DNA of 64,000 nucleotides. Source: Candidatus Bathyarchaeota archaeon. GTDB lineage: Archaea; Thermoproteota; Bathyarchaeia; Bathyarchaeales; Bathycorpusculaceae. The DNA lies in contig CAWABA010000001.1 of assembly GCA_963780185.1 (NCBI GenBank), forward strand, positions 128,001 to 192,000, given 5' to 3'. How positions within the stretch are numbered: the stretch's first letter is position 1; each line of letters opens with the position of its first letter. Below are positions 19,985 to 30,446 of this stretch, piece by piece. The translations under genes were made by a program, and so were the position numbers. The notes under the pieces are model-generated. The model did no database searches. It worked only from the letters and a program-made list of their open reading frames with translations, and had not been told where the DNA came from.

Positions 19985-20833
19985 TTGGCTCCAAAAGCCT
20001 CCAACAGTTGGTCAGCTAACTCCTCCGAAGACAGGGGTGTGTTGTCGCCGAGGTTTAAGCCGTCTTTTTTGAGCAGTTGATAAAGCAGCGTTGCCTTGGG
20101 GATGCCCACCCCGATTAAACGGGTTTCTTCTGAGTTGAGGATTTCTCTCGGGTTGCCTTCGTAACAAACTTTTCCTTCATCCATAACGATAAGGTGATTG
20201 GCGTACTTCGCTGTCAAATCCAACCTGTGCTCAACAAGAACCACGGTTATTCCTTGTTTTCTGGTTTAAATCGTAAATGACGTCAAAAATTTTCTGGGCG
20301 CTCAACGGGTCAAGGAAAGATGTCGGCTCATCCAGAACGATGATTTCAGGCTCCATAGCTAAAACAGCTGCAATCGCCACCCGCTGCTGTTGTCCACCGC
20401 TGATTTCATGCGGAGACCGCTCACGCAAATCGTAAATGCCTGTCTGGTTAAGTGCCCAATCCACTTTTTTCCTCATTTCCTCTCTGGAGACCCCAAGGTT
20501 CTCCAATCCGAAAGCCACATCTTTCTCAACGGAGAGGGCGAACAACTGGTTTTCAGGGTTCTGAAACACCAACCCGACGCGTTTAGCCATCTCGAACGTG
20601 TGGCGTTTGAGTACATCTTCTCCTGCAACTGTAATTTCGCCTTTCAACTCACCCTGATAAAAATGCGGGACCAACCCGTTGAAGCATCGGCACAAAGTTG
20701 TTTTTCCGCAGCCGCTTGGACCCGTAATCAGCACGAACTCGCCCTTCTCAACCTTGATGGAGACGTCGACTATGGAGGGCTTGGCTGCGCCTGGGTACGT
20801 GTAGGTGAGGTTTTTGGTTTCGATTATCGCCAT
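19981..20833 (-). CDS. ecfA: ECF transporter ATPase (frameshift near 20255)
   Basis: GPSGCGKTT, FQNPENQLF, ISGGQQQR and LDEPT; the H-loop VEHR lies in the next frame. Confidence 0.9.
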
Positions 20834-21073
20834 GACTTTGTGCCTGCATCCATAAGCGTTAACACCTGCTCATTTAAGCGTAACTACCCAAAAATGGCTA
20901 TTTTCTGACTTAGGGTTCTGGGAAATTCTCCAACAGTTGCTTCTCAATGTCACTTTTCGTCTGGAGGATTGCGCCCTGAATTAAGTTGTTGTATCCTTCT
21001 GTTGCCAACAAATCTTTATACTTATAAAACGCAGCTAGCAATTTAGAGTTAACTTATTTGTCGGCGGTTTTTT

Positions 21074-21277
21074 TTGACTAAATGCCCTAATTGTGGAGAA
21101 GAAGCTTCAAAACCTAAGAAATCATTCGAAAACCAAGATTTCCACGTTCATGCCTACACATGCAGAGTATGCGGAGCAGACTTCAAAGAAGCAAGAGATG
21201 GTTTTGACTCTGAAATCATATTGAGAACACCGTTAACAGAAGCTATGCTTTCTTGTCTGCATTCTGAATCAATGTAA
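21074..21277 (+). CDS. Small zinc-ribbon protein
   Basis: CPNC...CRVC in 67 aa, with a TATA-like TTTATA upstream. Confidence 0.6.
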   Translation: MTKCPNCGEEASKPKKSFENQDFHVHAYTCRVCGADFKEARDGFDSEIILRTPLTEAMLSCLHSESM

Positions 21278-21490
21278 GCCACTGTTTTTTCTTTCAATCG
21301 TTATCCGCATACTTCGAAAGGGTTTTGCCGTCTTCTAAGGTAGAAAATCGTTACTTAAGTCGTTTCCATAGATTTCTTCTAAATGAACATGGCAAAAAGG
21401 CTCCCGAAAGATACTGCCTAAAAGGACGCAAACAAGAACCCGTATGCTATTTGGTTTTTGTCTTAAAAGATTTGCTAATCATAAAGAAAT

Positions 21491-22498
21491 TTACGTTGAT
21501 TGCCGAGAATTTTTCAGAACCTGCCTAAAAAGCGCAAGGCACTGCTTAAGTGTCGGCTCTATTTCGCCTGTGCCGCTTACTCCTGACGCCATGGCGTGTC
21601 CTCCGCCGACTCCCCCCAGAAACTCGCCGAGAGGCGCCGCAATGTCCTTTCCCAAATTCACGCCTGCCTCCTCCGTGAATTGGCGGGTGCAGCGTAGGCT
21701 TACCTCGATTTTCCCGTTTTTGAGCCCTGCCACCGCCGATGCGTGGGCGCCTAAATCAACCAGCGACTTCGCCGCTGGAGCTTGAAAGGCGCTAACATGC
21801 GAAACAGCGATTATCCAGCCGTTGATCCTCACGATTTTGGCTCTTTTGCAAGCCTTCAGCTTAGCTAAACGTTCTGAAATGTCAATGGGCAAGGAAAACT
21901 CCTGCAGCGTCGCCTGCACATCTATGCCAACGCTGACAAGTCTGGACACGATTGCGAAGGTTGAGGCGCTTGCCAACGCGAAATGCCTTGTGTCAAAAGC
22001 TATTCCTACAAACAAAGCCTTTGCCTCGTTGAAGTCAGGCTTAACTTTTGCTTGCTTGAAAAGTCTGTACACTATTTCGCAGTTGGCTGGGGCTTTCTGG
22101 TCTACGATGCAGAGCTTGCAGATTGCGGTGGTTTCTGGGCTTGGGTAGTGGTGGTCAACGATTATTTTGGGTGCGGGTGATTTTCTTATGGTTTCCGCGA
22201 CTTCGTCAAGCTGCTCAATCGTGTTTAGATCAAGAAAAACAATGACCTCTGCCGATTCAATGTTCGGCTTAAGGTTGACTGTTATGGGCATGCGTTCCAG
22301 AAGCAGCTTAGCTGGTTTGTTGACGCCTTGGGGGCAGCCGACTTCAAACACGACGTCGGGCATAAACCGCTTCAGCAAGCCCTGCAAAGCGTAGGCTGAG
22401 CAGATTGCGTCAGCGTCGGCGCTGCGGTGACACAGCAAAAGAACAAAAGACGCGTTGGTTTCCCGTAGGATTTGAAGAAAATTTTGGAGTTCGTTCAT
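21491..22498 (-). CDS. DHH/DHHA1 phosphoesterase
   Basis: CHRSADADA, FLD, VDHH, IAFDT and GGGH. Confidence 0.9.
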   Translation of the reverse strand: MNELQNFLQILRETNASFVLLLCHRSADADAICSAYALQGLLKRFMPDVVFEVGCPQGVNKPAKLLLERMPITVNLKPNIESAEVIVFLDLNTIEQLDEVAETIRKSPAPKIIVDHHYPSPETTAICKLCIVDQKAPANCEIVYRLFKQAKVKPDFNEAKALFVGIAFDTRHFALASASTFAIVSRLVSVGIDVQATLQEFSLPIDISERLAKLKACKRAKIVRINGWIIAVSHVSAFQAPAAKSLVDLGAHASAVAGLKNGKIEVSLRCTRQFTEEAGVNLGKDIAAPLGEFLGGVGGGHAMASGVSGTGEIEPTLKQCLALFRQVLKNSRQST

Positions 22499-22782
22499 TT
22501 TAGCTTTCTCAAATATTTTTCAACGGCCCTATGTGCAGCCCCAGTGGCTTCCTTAACCAGCACCTGCACGTCTACGTCTTTGGCTTCAGGCGTTAACTCA
22601 AGATCGACTTCCACAGCGACTTTCAGCGGCTTTGACCCTTCAGCTTCCACGCTGATGTCCAACTTTTCAATCATTCTAGAAGAGACTTTGGAGAGAACCA
22701 GTTTTCTGGCTTCGTTCTCTGCTGCCGCGCATAAAGTTTCTATTTGCTCGGTGGATAGCTCTGGTATTCCAAGCTCATCCAA
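22495..22782 (-). CDS. DUF3194-like protein
   Basis: LS.EQIE.LC.AAE..AR..V.S pattern; sits between prefoldin beta and DHH, a typical archaeal context. Confidence 0.7.
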   Translation of the reverse strand: MDELGIPELSTEQIETLCAAAENEARKLVLSKVSSRMIEKLDISVEAEGSKPLKVAVEVDLELTPEAKDVDVQVLVKEATGAAHRAVEKYLRKLK

Positions 22783-22793
22783 CGGGGATTCAC

Positions 22794-23168
22794 CTAAGAA
22801 GTCGGTGGCTGATTTACTGGGTTGAGGTCTTCTTGGAGTTTTGTCTGTGACTCTTTTATTTGGCTGCGCATTCGTTCTTCTTGCCGTGCCAGAACGGTGC
22901 TTCTTGTGTCGAGCAGTTCTTTGCGTTCAACAAGTTCCTCGGTCACTTTCGGCTTTTCAGCTTTAACCAACAGTGAACCGACTGCCTTGTAGATGACTGC
23001 GGTATCAGCTGTTTTTGTAAGTTCAGCTATTGTCTGTTCTACTTCTGATTTTTCCATTTCAACCTGCTGTTTCTGCTGCAGAATCGTCTGAAGCGTTTGC
23101 TGTAGCTGCTGCAGTCTAAGAAGCCTTTCTTGGACGTTAGGCGGTAATCTTGAAAGTTCATCACTCAA
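22794..23168 (-). CDS. pfdB: Prefoldin beta subunit
   Basis: LPPNVQ, Gln-rich coiled coil and the IYKAVGSLLVK hairpin. Confidence 0.95.
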   Translation of the reverse strand: MSDELSRLPPNVQERLLRLQQLQQTLQTILQQKQQVEMEKSEVEQTIAELTKTADTAVIYKAVGSLLVKAEKPKVTEELVERKELLDTRSTVLARQEERMRSQIKESQTKLQEDLNPVNQPPTS

Positions 23169-23204
23169 ATTTTATCCTTCCGTACCCAGCAATAAGAGAA
23201 GCTA

Positions 23205-24560
23205 TTAATTAAGTATTTCCAACAAGCGTATGCGTTCCAAAAGCAGGCTAAATCCCTGTTTGGTTCCAATAGTAAACATGCTGGTAAGCCCACGTTGGCT
23301 GACAGGGTACTGTGGGTCAGCGTAAACAATGTCAAGGCTTACCCTGTACTCTGACAGCAAATCGCTTGTGGCTTGCGCTATCTGCAGGGTTTTGCCGTCT
23401 TGGAGCCAGAAACCCCAAATTGTGTCGTTAGGGTTACGCATGCCCCACCCGTAGTTCTGAGGCAAAACCAACACGGCGTCTGGACCGCTTAAATCAGGAA
23501 ATTGCTTATGGTGGATGTCGTTCCAGAAGCTTTGCATGGCGATTAGTTGTTCGTTTGTTAATGCGCCGTAGGTGCTTCCGTTGTCGTATGGGTAGTTGAA
23601 GACAGCGATGTACTTTGCGCCTGCTTCGTAGGAGGTGAGCATTTGGTCGTAGATTTGCGGTCCGCTGTCAAGGTAGTAGGGTTCATCGTTGTATTTCCAA
23701 GTGATCATTGCACCCCACTCTTTGTCCTGCATTCTTGCGGCTCCTTTCACAAGGGCGATTTGCTCAGCTACGCTGCAGTTCCAACCCAGTTCTGCGAACA
23801 TAGTGTCGTATCCGCCTAAGTAATCGTACCAATACAGGGCGTAGTCGGAAGTGAAGGTTTCAACGTCCGCGGCTTTCAAAGCGTTAAGTCCGCTGTCTCC
23901 TTCAAGGATGTCTTGGATGAAAAAGTTGGCTTCCATATCGTAGTTTGGAGGATGCGTCCCATTTTCCATGTACCCGAGCATCTTTAGGAGGATTTGGTCA
24001 AGGTCCTTGGTTGACTGTACATAATTCTGATCAAAGCTGGCTACTCTCGAAAAGTTGGTGTTCAAAAAATACTTCTGGAACAGCTGAAAATAAGCCGACC
24101 AATTGCCGTCCAGCTGAATCCCGCCCGGCTCGTCATTGTAGTACATTCCCAAAAACTTGTTGCCCCAAAGTGCCTTCCATTGGTCGGTAACGTTTAGTGA
24201 ATTCTGCCAGAACCAGTAGCGGCTTGCGTCCATGTGCTGCTGGATGCCGACGTTTACGATGATGCTTAAGCCATTAGCGACTGCGTAGCTGCAGATTTCA
24301 TCTACTGCTGTTTCGTTTTGGGTAAGAGCGTTTCTTCCCGCATCTAAAATGAACAGGTTTGTGTAGCCTTTCACTTTGTCTATGAGGACTTTGGCTTCCT
24401 GCGTGGTGTTTCCGCCGAAAGCTACCCCAACGTAAACGTTCGGGTTAGGTTTAGGTTGGCTTCCAATCGTGTAAGAAGTGTAGGCTCCCACTGAAACCGC
24501 CAGTATCACGATGAGGACGGCAGGAATCAAGAATTTCTTGACCCGCTTGAATTTGCTCAT
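23205..24560 (-). CDS. Hypothetical membrane-anchored secreted protein, possibly a GH-like TIM barrel
   Basis: N-terminal basic plus hydrophobic anchor; aromatic-rich; YYNDEPGG motif. The C-terminus may be frameshifted. Confidence 0.7.
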   Translation of the reverse strand: MSKFKRVKKFLIPAVLIVILAVSVGAYTSYTIGSQPKPNPNVYVGVAFGGNTTQEAKVLIDKVKGYTNLFILDAGRNALTQNETAVDEICSYAVANGLSIIVNVGIQQHMDASRYWFWQNSLNVTDQWKALWGNKFLGMYYNDEPGGIQLDGNWSAYFQLFQKYFLNTNFSRVASFDQNYVQSTKDLDQILLKMLGYMENGTHPPNYDMEANFFIQDILEGDSGLNALKAADVETFTSDYALYWYDYLGGYDTMFAELGWNCSVAEQIALVKGAARMQDKEWGAMITWKYNDEPYYLDSGPQIYDQMLTSYEAGAKYIAVFNYPYDNGSTYGALTNEQLIAMQSFWNDIHHKQFPDLSGPDAVLVLPQNYGWGMRNPNDTIWGFWLQDGKTLQIAQATSDLLSEYRVSLDIVYADPQYPVSQRGLTSMFTIGTKQGFSLLLERIRLLEILN

Positions 24561-24742
24561 GGCTAAACCTGCAGGTGACTGATAACTTGTTCCATCCTTA
24601 ATGTTTTACTGTAAAACCCCATCTTAGCTGGAAAAATGGCAGAGACCAGTTTCGGTTTTCCAAGTAAACGTTGCAAAGCCGTTTGAGAAGCTTTTAAAGG
24701 AGTCCCGTTATTAACCAACAATGAAAAGGAAGCGAAAACAAG

Positions 24743-25114
24743 TTGGAGCGTGCCAAAGTTACAAAGGAGGAAATCCAGCAGCAAGATACTCGTTTCCTAG
24801 CAGTTTACGTTGAATCGAAAAATTCATGCATGGTGATGCTGAGCGAAAGAGAAGACAAGCTTGGAACCTTGGCGATAGCTGTTCCCAAACCCAAAGACGG
24901 CGTAGGCGCCGTAACGTCTTCGGTGCTTCTCGGCGACAAAAACGTTATTACCGCACGAATGTTCGCTGAGTACGTCGCTTCAAAAAAGGGAAAAATCGCG
25001 ATTGTTTCCGTTTACTTGGAAAAAGTAGGTGAGGCTGAGGCACAGGGGTTCTTCAACAAGCTGATTGAAAAACTCATCAAAGGCGACAGCCAAAAAGAGC
25101 CAACGGCAGCCTGA
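24743..25114 (+). CDS. Hypothetical protein, possibly proteasome assembly chaperone PAC4-like
   Basis: LGTLAIAVP...SSVLLG..N...AR..AE..A.K..K...VSV pattern resembles PAC3/PAC4-like proteins. Confidence 0.5.
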   Translation: MERAKVTKEEIQQQDTRFLAVYVESKNSCMVMLSEREDKLGTLAIAVPKPKDGVGAVTSSVLLGDKNVITARMFAEYVASKKGKIAIVSVYLEKVGEAEAQGFFNKLIEKLIKGDSQKEPTAA

Positions 25115-25156
25115 GAAAATGCTCAACGTGAAGCCTACTGTGAACAGGGAAACTCG

Positions 25157-25651
25157 ATGATTAGCAGACTAACAAACGCCGATGTACCAGCTATATCAGC
25201 CGTGGTCAACAGCGCTGCATTTGCCTACAAAGGGAAAATCCCCAGCGACATGTGGAAAGAACCCTACATGCCGAAGGAAGAGCTTGAGGCGGAAATCCAG
25301 AGCGGCGTGCAATTCTACGGCTTCAAGGAAAACGGCTTATTGGCAGCGGTTATGGGAATCCAACCCGTGCAGGATGTCACTTTAATCAGGCATGCTTACG
25401 TGATGCCTACTCACCAGCGGCGAGGGCTAGGAAAAGACCTGCTGGCGTATTTGCTGGGTTTAGCCGCGACGGGTCAGGTTTATGTTGGGACGTGGCAGGC
25501 TGCAGAATGGGCAGTGAAATTCTACGAGAAAAACGGGTTCCAACTTATAGCCGAGGCAGAGAAAAACAGGCTTCTTAGGCGGTATTGGCGGATTTCGCAG
25601 CGGCAGGTTGAAACGTCAGTAGTGCTCAAACTAAAAAGGCAACCCAAATGA
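25157..25651 (+). CDS. GNAT acetyltransferase
   Basis: YV.P.HQRRGLG (motif A) and AVKFYEKNGF (motif B). Confidence 0.9.
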   Translation: MISRLTNADVPAISAVVNSAAFAYKGKIPSDMWKEPYMPKEELEAEIQSGVQFYGFKENGLLAAVMGIQPVQDVTLIRHAYVMPTHQRRGLGKDLLAYLLGLAATGQVYVGTWQAAEWAVKFYEKNGFQLIAEAEKNRLLRRYWRISQRQVETSVVLKLKRQPK

Positions 25652-26709
25652 AAGAAACCCTGCTGCTCAAAGTCGACTCTGAAAAGCCAGATGCTTCCAA
25701 AATTGAGGTTGCCGCACAATTCATCCGTAAAGGCGGGTTGGTGGCTTTTCCAACCGAGACGGTTTACGGTTTAGGTGCAGATGCGCTTAACGCTGACGCT
25801 GTCTTGGCTCTTTTTGAAGCTAAAAAACGGCCTTTAGATAACCCGCCGATAGTCCATATCGCCGACCAAAATGAAATTTACCGTTTGGTTGAAGAGGTGC
25901 CGAAGAAGGCTGAGTTGCTTATGGAGAGGTTTTGGCCGGGTCCGTTGACGCTGGTTTTTAAGCGGTCAAATCTCGTGCCCAGCGTGACTGTTGCGGGTTT
26001 AGACACGGTTGCAATTAGAATGCCCAAGCACAATGTGGCTTTAGCGTTGATTAGGCAAAGCGGCTGCCCGATTGCTGCCCCCAGCGCGAACCTCGCAGGG
26101 AAACCCAGCCCGACAAATGCTCAGCATGTTTTTGAGGATTTAAACGGACGCATCGACGTTATCTTGGACGGCGGACCCACAAACATCGGCGTAGAATCCA
26201 CTGTTGTGGATTTGAGCGTTGATCCACCTATGGTTCTTCGTCCCGGCGGCACATCTTTTGAAGCGTTAAAGCAGGTTTTCGGCGACATGCGGCTTCATCC
26301 TTTCGTGTTGGCTGAGGCTGAGTTGCCTCTGGAAAAGACCCGTTCCCCAGGAATGAGGCATAAGCATTACGCGCCTAAAGCAGAAGTGATCCTTGTAGAA
26401 GGCAACGTTCCAGCGGTGATGGTTAAAATCAAGGAGCTGACGGAGTTTTACAGGCAAAAAGGCGTAACGGTAGGTGTTTTAGCCACGGACGAAACCCAAG
26501 CCAGCTACGAAGCCGACGTGGTAAAATCTTTGGGAAGCCGCTCCAACTTGGCGCTTGTAGCTCAGAGCCTTTTCCGTTTGCTTCGGGAGGTCGACGCCGA
26601 AAACGTTGGGGTCATAATTGCCGAGGGTGTTTCTTCTGAAGGTCTCGGATTAGCCGTCATGAACAGGCTCCGCAAAGCGTCAGGCTACCACATCATCAAA
26701 GCAAACTGA
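25648..26709 (+). CDS. sua5: Threonylcarbamoyl-AMP synthase Sua5
   Basis: VAFPTETVYGLG, KKRPLDNP, APSANLAG, SPGMRHKHY and a C-terminal SUA5 domain. Confidence 0.95.
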   Translation: MKETLLLKVDSEKPDASKIEVAAQFIRKGGLVAFPTETVYGLGADALNADAVLALFEAKKRPLDNPPIVHIADQNEIYRLVEEVPKKAELLMERFWPGPLTLVFKRSNLVPSVTVAGLDTVAIRMPKHNVALALIRQSGCPIAAPSANLAGKPSPTNAQHVFEDLNGRIDVILDGGPTNIGVESTVVDLSVDPPMVLRPGGTSFEALKQVFGDMRLHPFVLAEAELPLEKTRSPGMRHKHYAPKAEVILVEGNVPAVMVKIKELTEFYRQKGVTVGVLATDETQASYEADVVKSLGSRSNLALVAQSLFRLLREVDAENVGVIIAEGVSSEGLGLAVMNRLRKASGYHIIKAN

Positions 26710-26712
26710 TCT

Positions 26713-27612
26713 TCACCTATGAATCAAAGCAAGAAGGTCATCCATATCCATCGTTGCGACGCAAATCACGCTGTCAGCGGCTCCATAGTAGATGAAAAGG
26801 CGGTCATCGATGATCACGTTGCCGCAACTGAAAACAACGTTTGGCACCTTGCCGAAGCGTTCGTAATCTTCTTTGGGACCCAAAATATGCTCTTTTGAAC
26901 GGTAAAGAACCTGCTCTGGATGGTCACTATCAAGCAGGGCGATGCCAAGCGAATAGACGCGGTCCACGCTTACCCCATGGTAGATTACAACCCAGCCTTC
27001 GTTGATTTTTATCGGTGTGCCTCCGACGCCTATTTTCCAGTTGTCCCAGCCTTCAACCTGTGGGCTCATCACACGAGAGATGTCGCACCAACGCAGCAAA
27101 TCATCCGAGTAAGCTATGCAGATGTCAGGTTCAATTCGATGAAGCATCACGTATCTTCCGTTGACTTTCTGCGGAAAAATCACGCCGTCCTTGTTTCGGA
27201 TGCCTGGAAACGGCAGCCTCCGTGGTCCCCAATTCCACTGGCCCTTGACGAAATCTTCTTTGGCTATGGTTGACATGGCAATCTGGTAGACTTGCATATG
27301 GCTGTATTCTCTGAGCGCTGTGTAAGTCATGACAATCTGATCGTTCACCTCGGTCAGTCTTGGGTCTTCGCATCCGTCCTTTTCGCTTTCAGTCGCAGGC
27401 TCAAAAACCGGGTTGGGAGTACGTTCTTTTATGCAATAGCCGTCGAGGGATGCGGCGTAGCCGAATCTTGAGGTACCGTCGTTGCCTATTGCCCTGTAGA
27501 GAAGGTGGACTTTGCCGCCGATGTAAATAGCCGCTGGATTAAACACTTCTCTTGACTCCCAAATGTGGTCTTCAATAGGCGACAAAATGGGGTTGTCTGA
27601 AAAGCGTTCCAT
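26713..27612 (-). CDS. GH130-family glycosidase/phosphorylase
   Basis: NPIL, VFNPAA, GCEDPR, NKD, YHGV, VPNVVFSCG and YYGAAD. Confidence 0.9.
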   Translation of the reverse strand: MERFSDNPILSPIEDHIWESREVFNPAAIYIGGKVHLLYRAIGNDGTSRFGYAASLDGYCIKERTPNPVFEPATESEKDGCEDPRLTEVNDQIVMTYTALREYSHMQVYQIAMSTIAKEDFVKGQWNWGPRRLPFPGIRNKDGVIFPQKVNGRYVMLHRIEPDICIAYSDDLLRWCDISRVMSPQVEGWDNWKIGVGGTPIKINEGWVVIYHGVSVDRVYSLGIALLDSDHPEQVLYRSKEHILGPKEDYERFGKVPNVVFSCGNVIIDDRLFIYYGAADSVICVATMDMDDLLALIHR

Positions 27613-27621
27613 AGAAAGTTC

Positions 27622-28089
27622 CTAAGTTGAACTCGGTATCGGCGTTTGGATTCCGTGAATTTCGTCAAAGAAAGCTCTGAGCGAAAAAAGCCCAATGACC
27701 TTTCCGCTTTCATCTGTCACAGGCAGGTGCCGTATGTTGTGGGACAGCATTAGTCGTTTGGCTTCGTGGAAAGAGGCTTCAATCGGCACAGTGACTGTGT
27801 GCCTGCTCATCACTTTTCCCAGCGGTTGATCTACTGGAAATTTCTGAGCAATTATGCGGATTGCGTCGCGTTCAGTGAAAATCCCGATGCACCTTTGCTC
27901 TTCGTCAACTATAACAAGTGACCCCACATGCCTCTCGCTGAGAAGCCGACACGCATCCAAAATGGACGTGTCCTCTTTCGCAGTCACAACTTTCTTGCAC
28001 ATGATGTCTCGGATTCTAAGCATGGGTTCACACATCATTTCATCACCAAAAAACAAGAAACTTCCACTAAAAGAAACCTCGCGGCTCAC
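27622..28089 (-). CDS. CBS-pair protein
   Basis: HVGSLVIVD...GIFTERD and IRHLPV. The true start is probably near 28038-28023. Confidence 0.85.
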   Translation of the reverse strand: MSREVSFSGSFLFFGDEMMCEPMLRIRDIMCKKVVTAKEDTSILDACRLLSERHVGSLVIVDEEQRCIGIFTERDAIRIIAQKFPVDQPLGKVMSRHTVTVPIEASFHEAKRLMLSHNIRHLPVTDESGKVIGLFSLRAFFDEIHGIQTPIPSST

Positions 28090-28093
28090 TTCT

Positions 28094-29149
28094 TTAGGTT
28101 TTTCTTCTAAACCCCTCCCGTTTCAACCGCTCAAGCTTCAAACGAGCCAAAAGGTACGAGACACATGATTCTGCACCTTGATTCAGGTTTACCCCTCTTG
28201 AACTTAACCCGTCAAAGCATCCTCCCGTCTCGGCGCAGTATATTGTTGCTTTAAGGCTGTTCCTGCCCAAAAACCACTCAAACGCTGAGTTAGCAACCTC
28301 CAAGTAATCCTTGTTGTTTGTCGCGTAGAAAGCGTCAACCGCGGCTTCAACCATAGCTGCCGCCTCCAACGGTTGCTGGTCGTAAAGCGCCCGTTTTTCG
28401 CCCCGTCTGTACCATCCGTCGTTGCCGATCGGCACAAAAACGCCGTCTAACATTTGGGTTTTAATTAGAAAACCTAGGGATTCTTCGGCTACGTCTAAGT
28501 GTTTTTGATCGCCTGAAAGCATGTAGGCTTCGAATAGGGCTTGAGGCAATCTGGCGTTGTCATATGTGAGGCAGCACTCAAACCACCGCCAATCACTTCC
28601 AGCTTCACCTTGGTACATCCACACAAGGCTGTTAGCCAACTTTTCCGCGTCCTCTGCAATCTGTTCCTGCGGGATAGCTTGATAGTACTGCGTGAGCCCC
28701 AAAATAGTTGAAGCGTAGAACCTTGGCGGCTTCGATTTCCAAACCCACGGCAAAGCCCTCTCGAAAATTTCCTTGCAAGCCATTTTGGTCTGATTTGGGA
28801 AAGTGGAGTTGACTGCGCACCCTAAACTCCAAAGCGCGTGACCCACTGAGTCCTCGGAGCCATTAACATCCAAAAAGGTTCGCTCGTAGCTTAAGCAATT
28901 GTGAAAAGAGCCTTCGGGTTTTTGCATGTGATTGAGGAAAGCCAAGTAAACGTTGGCTAACGCTTCAATTCTCGCGTCTTTTTTTAAGCTTTGGTATCTT
29001 ACGCAGGCGATTAAGGCGCGGGCGTTGTCGTCGGTTGTGTAGCCTTCTTTGCGCAGTGGAACACAGAACTTGGCGTGTTGAAAAAGGCCTGTGTCATCTG
29101 TCATGTTCTTGAGGTAGTTTATTTTTACAGGCGGAAGCTGGATGGCCAC
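28094..29149 (-). CDS. (alpha/alpha)6-barrel glycosidase-like protein usually fused to GT4
   Basis: MTDDTGLFQHA, GYTTDDNARAL, EDS.G, YDNARLP, DQQP.E, CFDGL and NQGAES. Confidence 0.8.
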   Translation of the reverse strand: MAIQLPPVKINYLKNMTDDTGLFQHAKFCVPLRKEGYTTDDNARALIACVRYQSLKKDARIEALANVYLAFLNHMQKPEGSFHNCLSYERTFLDVNGSEDSVGHALWSLGCAVNSTFPNQTKMACKEIFERALPWVWKSKPPRFYASTILGLTQYYQAIPQEQIAEDAEKLANSLVWMYQGEAGSDWRWFECCLTYDNARLPQALFEAYMLSGDQKHLDVAEESLGFLIKTQMLDGVFVPIGNDGWYRRGEKRALYDQQPLEAAAMVEAAVDAFYATNNKDYLEVANSAFEWFLGRNSLKATIYCAETGGCFDGLSSRGVNLNQGAESCVSYLLARLKLERLKREGFRRKT

Positions 29150-30339
29150 TCCTCCTCAGACTGCCGAGTTAGCTCATCAAAAAGGGCCAGGTACTTTTTT
29201 GCAACTGAAGGCCAAGTGAATTTTCTGCTGTACAAATAAGCCTTATGCTCCAGAGACTTTCGAAGCGTCGGGTTCCCGATTATCTCCGTTACTTTTTCAG
29301 CGATGGAGTCTGAATCGTGGAAACGGCAAAAGACGCCTCGTCCCTCCCCCAGAGCCTCTTTAGCATGCAGATAAGGCGTAGAAACTATGGCTTTGCCTGC
29401 TCCCAACGCGTAAGACAAGGTGCCGCTGCTAACCTGGTCAGGAGAAAGATACGGCGTTACGTACACGTCTGTTGCCTGCAAATAGTTTATCAGCTCAGGC
29501 TTCGAAAGGAACCTGTTCAAAAACTTCACGTGACCGTTTAGGCCGAGGCTTTTGGCTTTCTGCAAAAGCATGTTGCGGTAGGCTTCTCCATCCGTTTTCT
29601 TCACCTCGGGATGCGTTACTCCTAAAACATAGTAGACTATTCTTGGTTCCTGCTTAATTATGGCGGGAAGAGCTTCAATGGCGTATTCGATTCCTTTGCC
29701 TCTGCTTAGCAAACCAAAAGACGACATCACAACCCTGTCTTGCAACCCCAGACTAGGCTTAGCTTTTGAACTTGGGACAAGCGCAACATCAGGGCACCCG
29801 TGAGGAATCAACTTTATTTTTCGTGGGTTAACCCCGTAGCTTTTAACCAGCTCACCAGTGGTTTTGTTGAGCACAATTACCGCTGAGCTTAAGTCAACGA
29901 TTTTGTTAAAAACCTCTTTTGCCTTTGGCTCAAAGTTGGGAAGAACCGTGTGAAGTGTTGTTGCAATGGGTTTTTTCAACTTATTCATGAAAGCAACGAT
30001 GTGCTCGCCGAATTCACCGCCGAAAATACCGAATTCATGCTGAACATTAACCACGTCTACTGCAGATTGGTTTAAGAACTCAGCCATAACCACGTAATCT
30101 TCGATGAAGTCACGGCCAATTTTATGCTGCACGCCGTCATGTACAGGTTTGAAAAGTCGGCGTCCATCGATTGAAATGACTTTTTGGTCTCTCAGCTTGT
30201 TAAGCTGGCTAATGTGATTAATCAAGTCGTTAGTGAAAGTTGCAATTCCGCATTTTCTTGGCGGAAAAGTGCTTACGTAGGCAACCTCCTTAACACTAGC
30301 CCGCGTAGAGGCGTCTAGAACATAGTTTGCCAACAACAA
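29125..30339 (-). CDS. GT4 glycosyltransferase
   Basis: STFPPRKCGIATFT, QHEFGIFGG, IPHG, KGIE, SSGTL and STPY. Confidence 0.9.
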   Translation of the reverse strand: MLLANYVLDASTRASVKEVAYVSTFPPRKCGIATFTNDLINHISQLNKLRDQKVISIDGRRLFKPVHDGVQHKIGRDFIEDYVVMAEFLNQSAVDVVNVQHEFGIFGGEFGEHIVAFMNKLKKPIATTLHTVLPNFEPKAKEVFNKIVDLSSAVIVLNKTTGELVKSYGVNPRKIKLIPHGCPDVALVPSSKAKPSLGLQDRVVMSSFGLLSRGKGIEYAIEALPAIIKQEPRIVYYVLGVTHPEVKKTDGEAYRNMLLQKAKSLGLNGHVKFLNRFLSKPELINYLQATDVYVTPYLSPDQVSSGTLSYALGAGKAIVSTPYLHAKEALGEGRGVFCRFHDSDSIAEKVTEIIGNPTLRKSLEHKAYLYSRKFTWPSVAKKYLALFDELTRQSEEEWPSSFRL

Positions 30340-30446
30340 ATCACGTTATATAGTGACGTTTGGCAGATTTTAAGCCCATGTGATTGCATCGTTACAGTCA
30401 CAAAGGCGACTTTCAACATACTTTCCCATGAAGTTTATATGTTACC

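Noticed and set aside
20909-21010. Short minus-strand ORF (…EGYNNLIQGAILQTKSDIEKQLLENFPEP*) as another 3' relic
   Set aside because: No parent gene in the window and it overlaps the neighbouring promoter, so it cannot be supported.
21410-21540. Short repeat ctgcctaaaa..cgcaa near the DHH 3' end
   Set aside because: Only ~17 bp with no protein-level match, so it could be chance.
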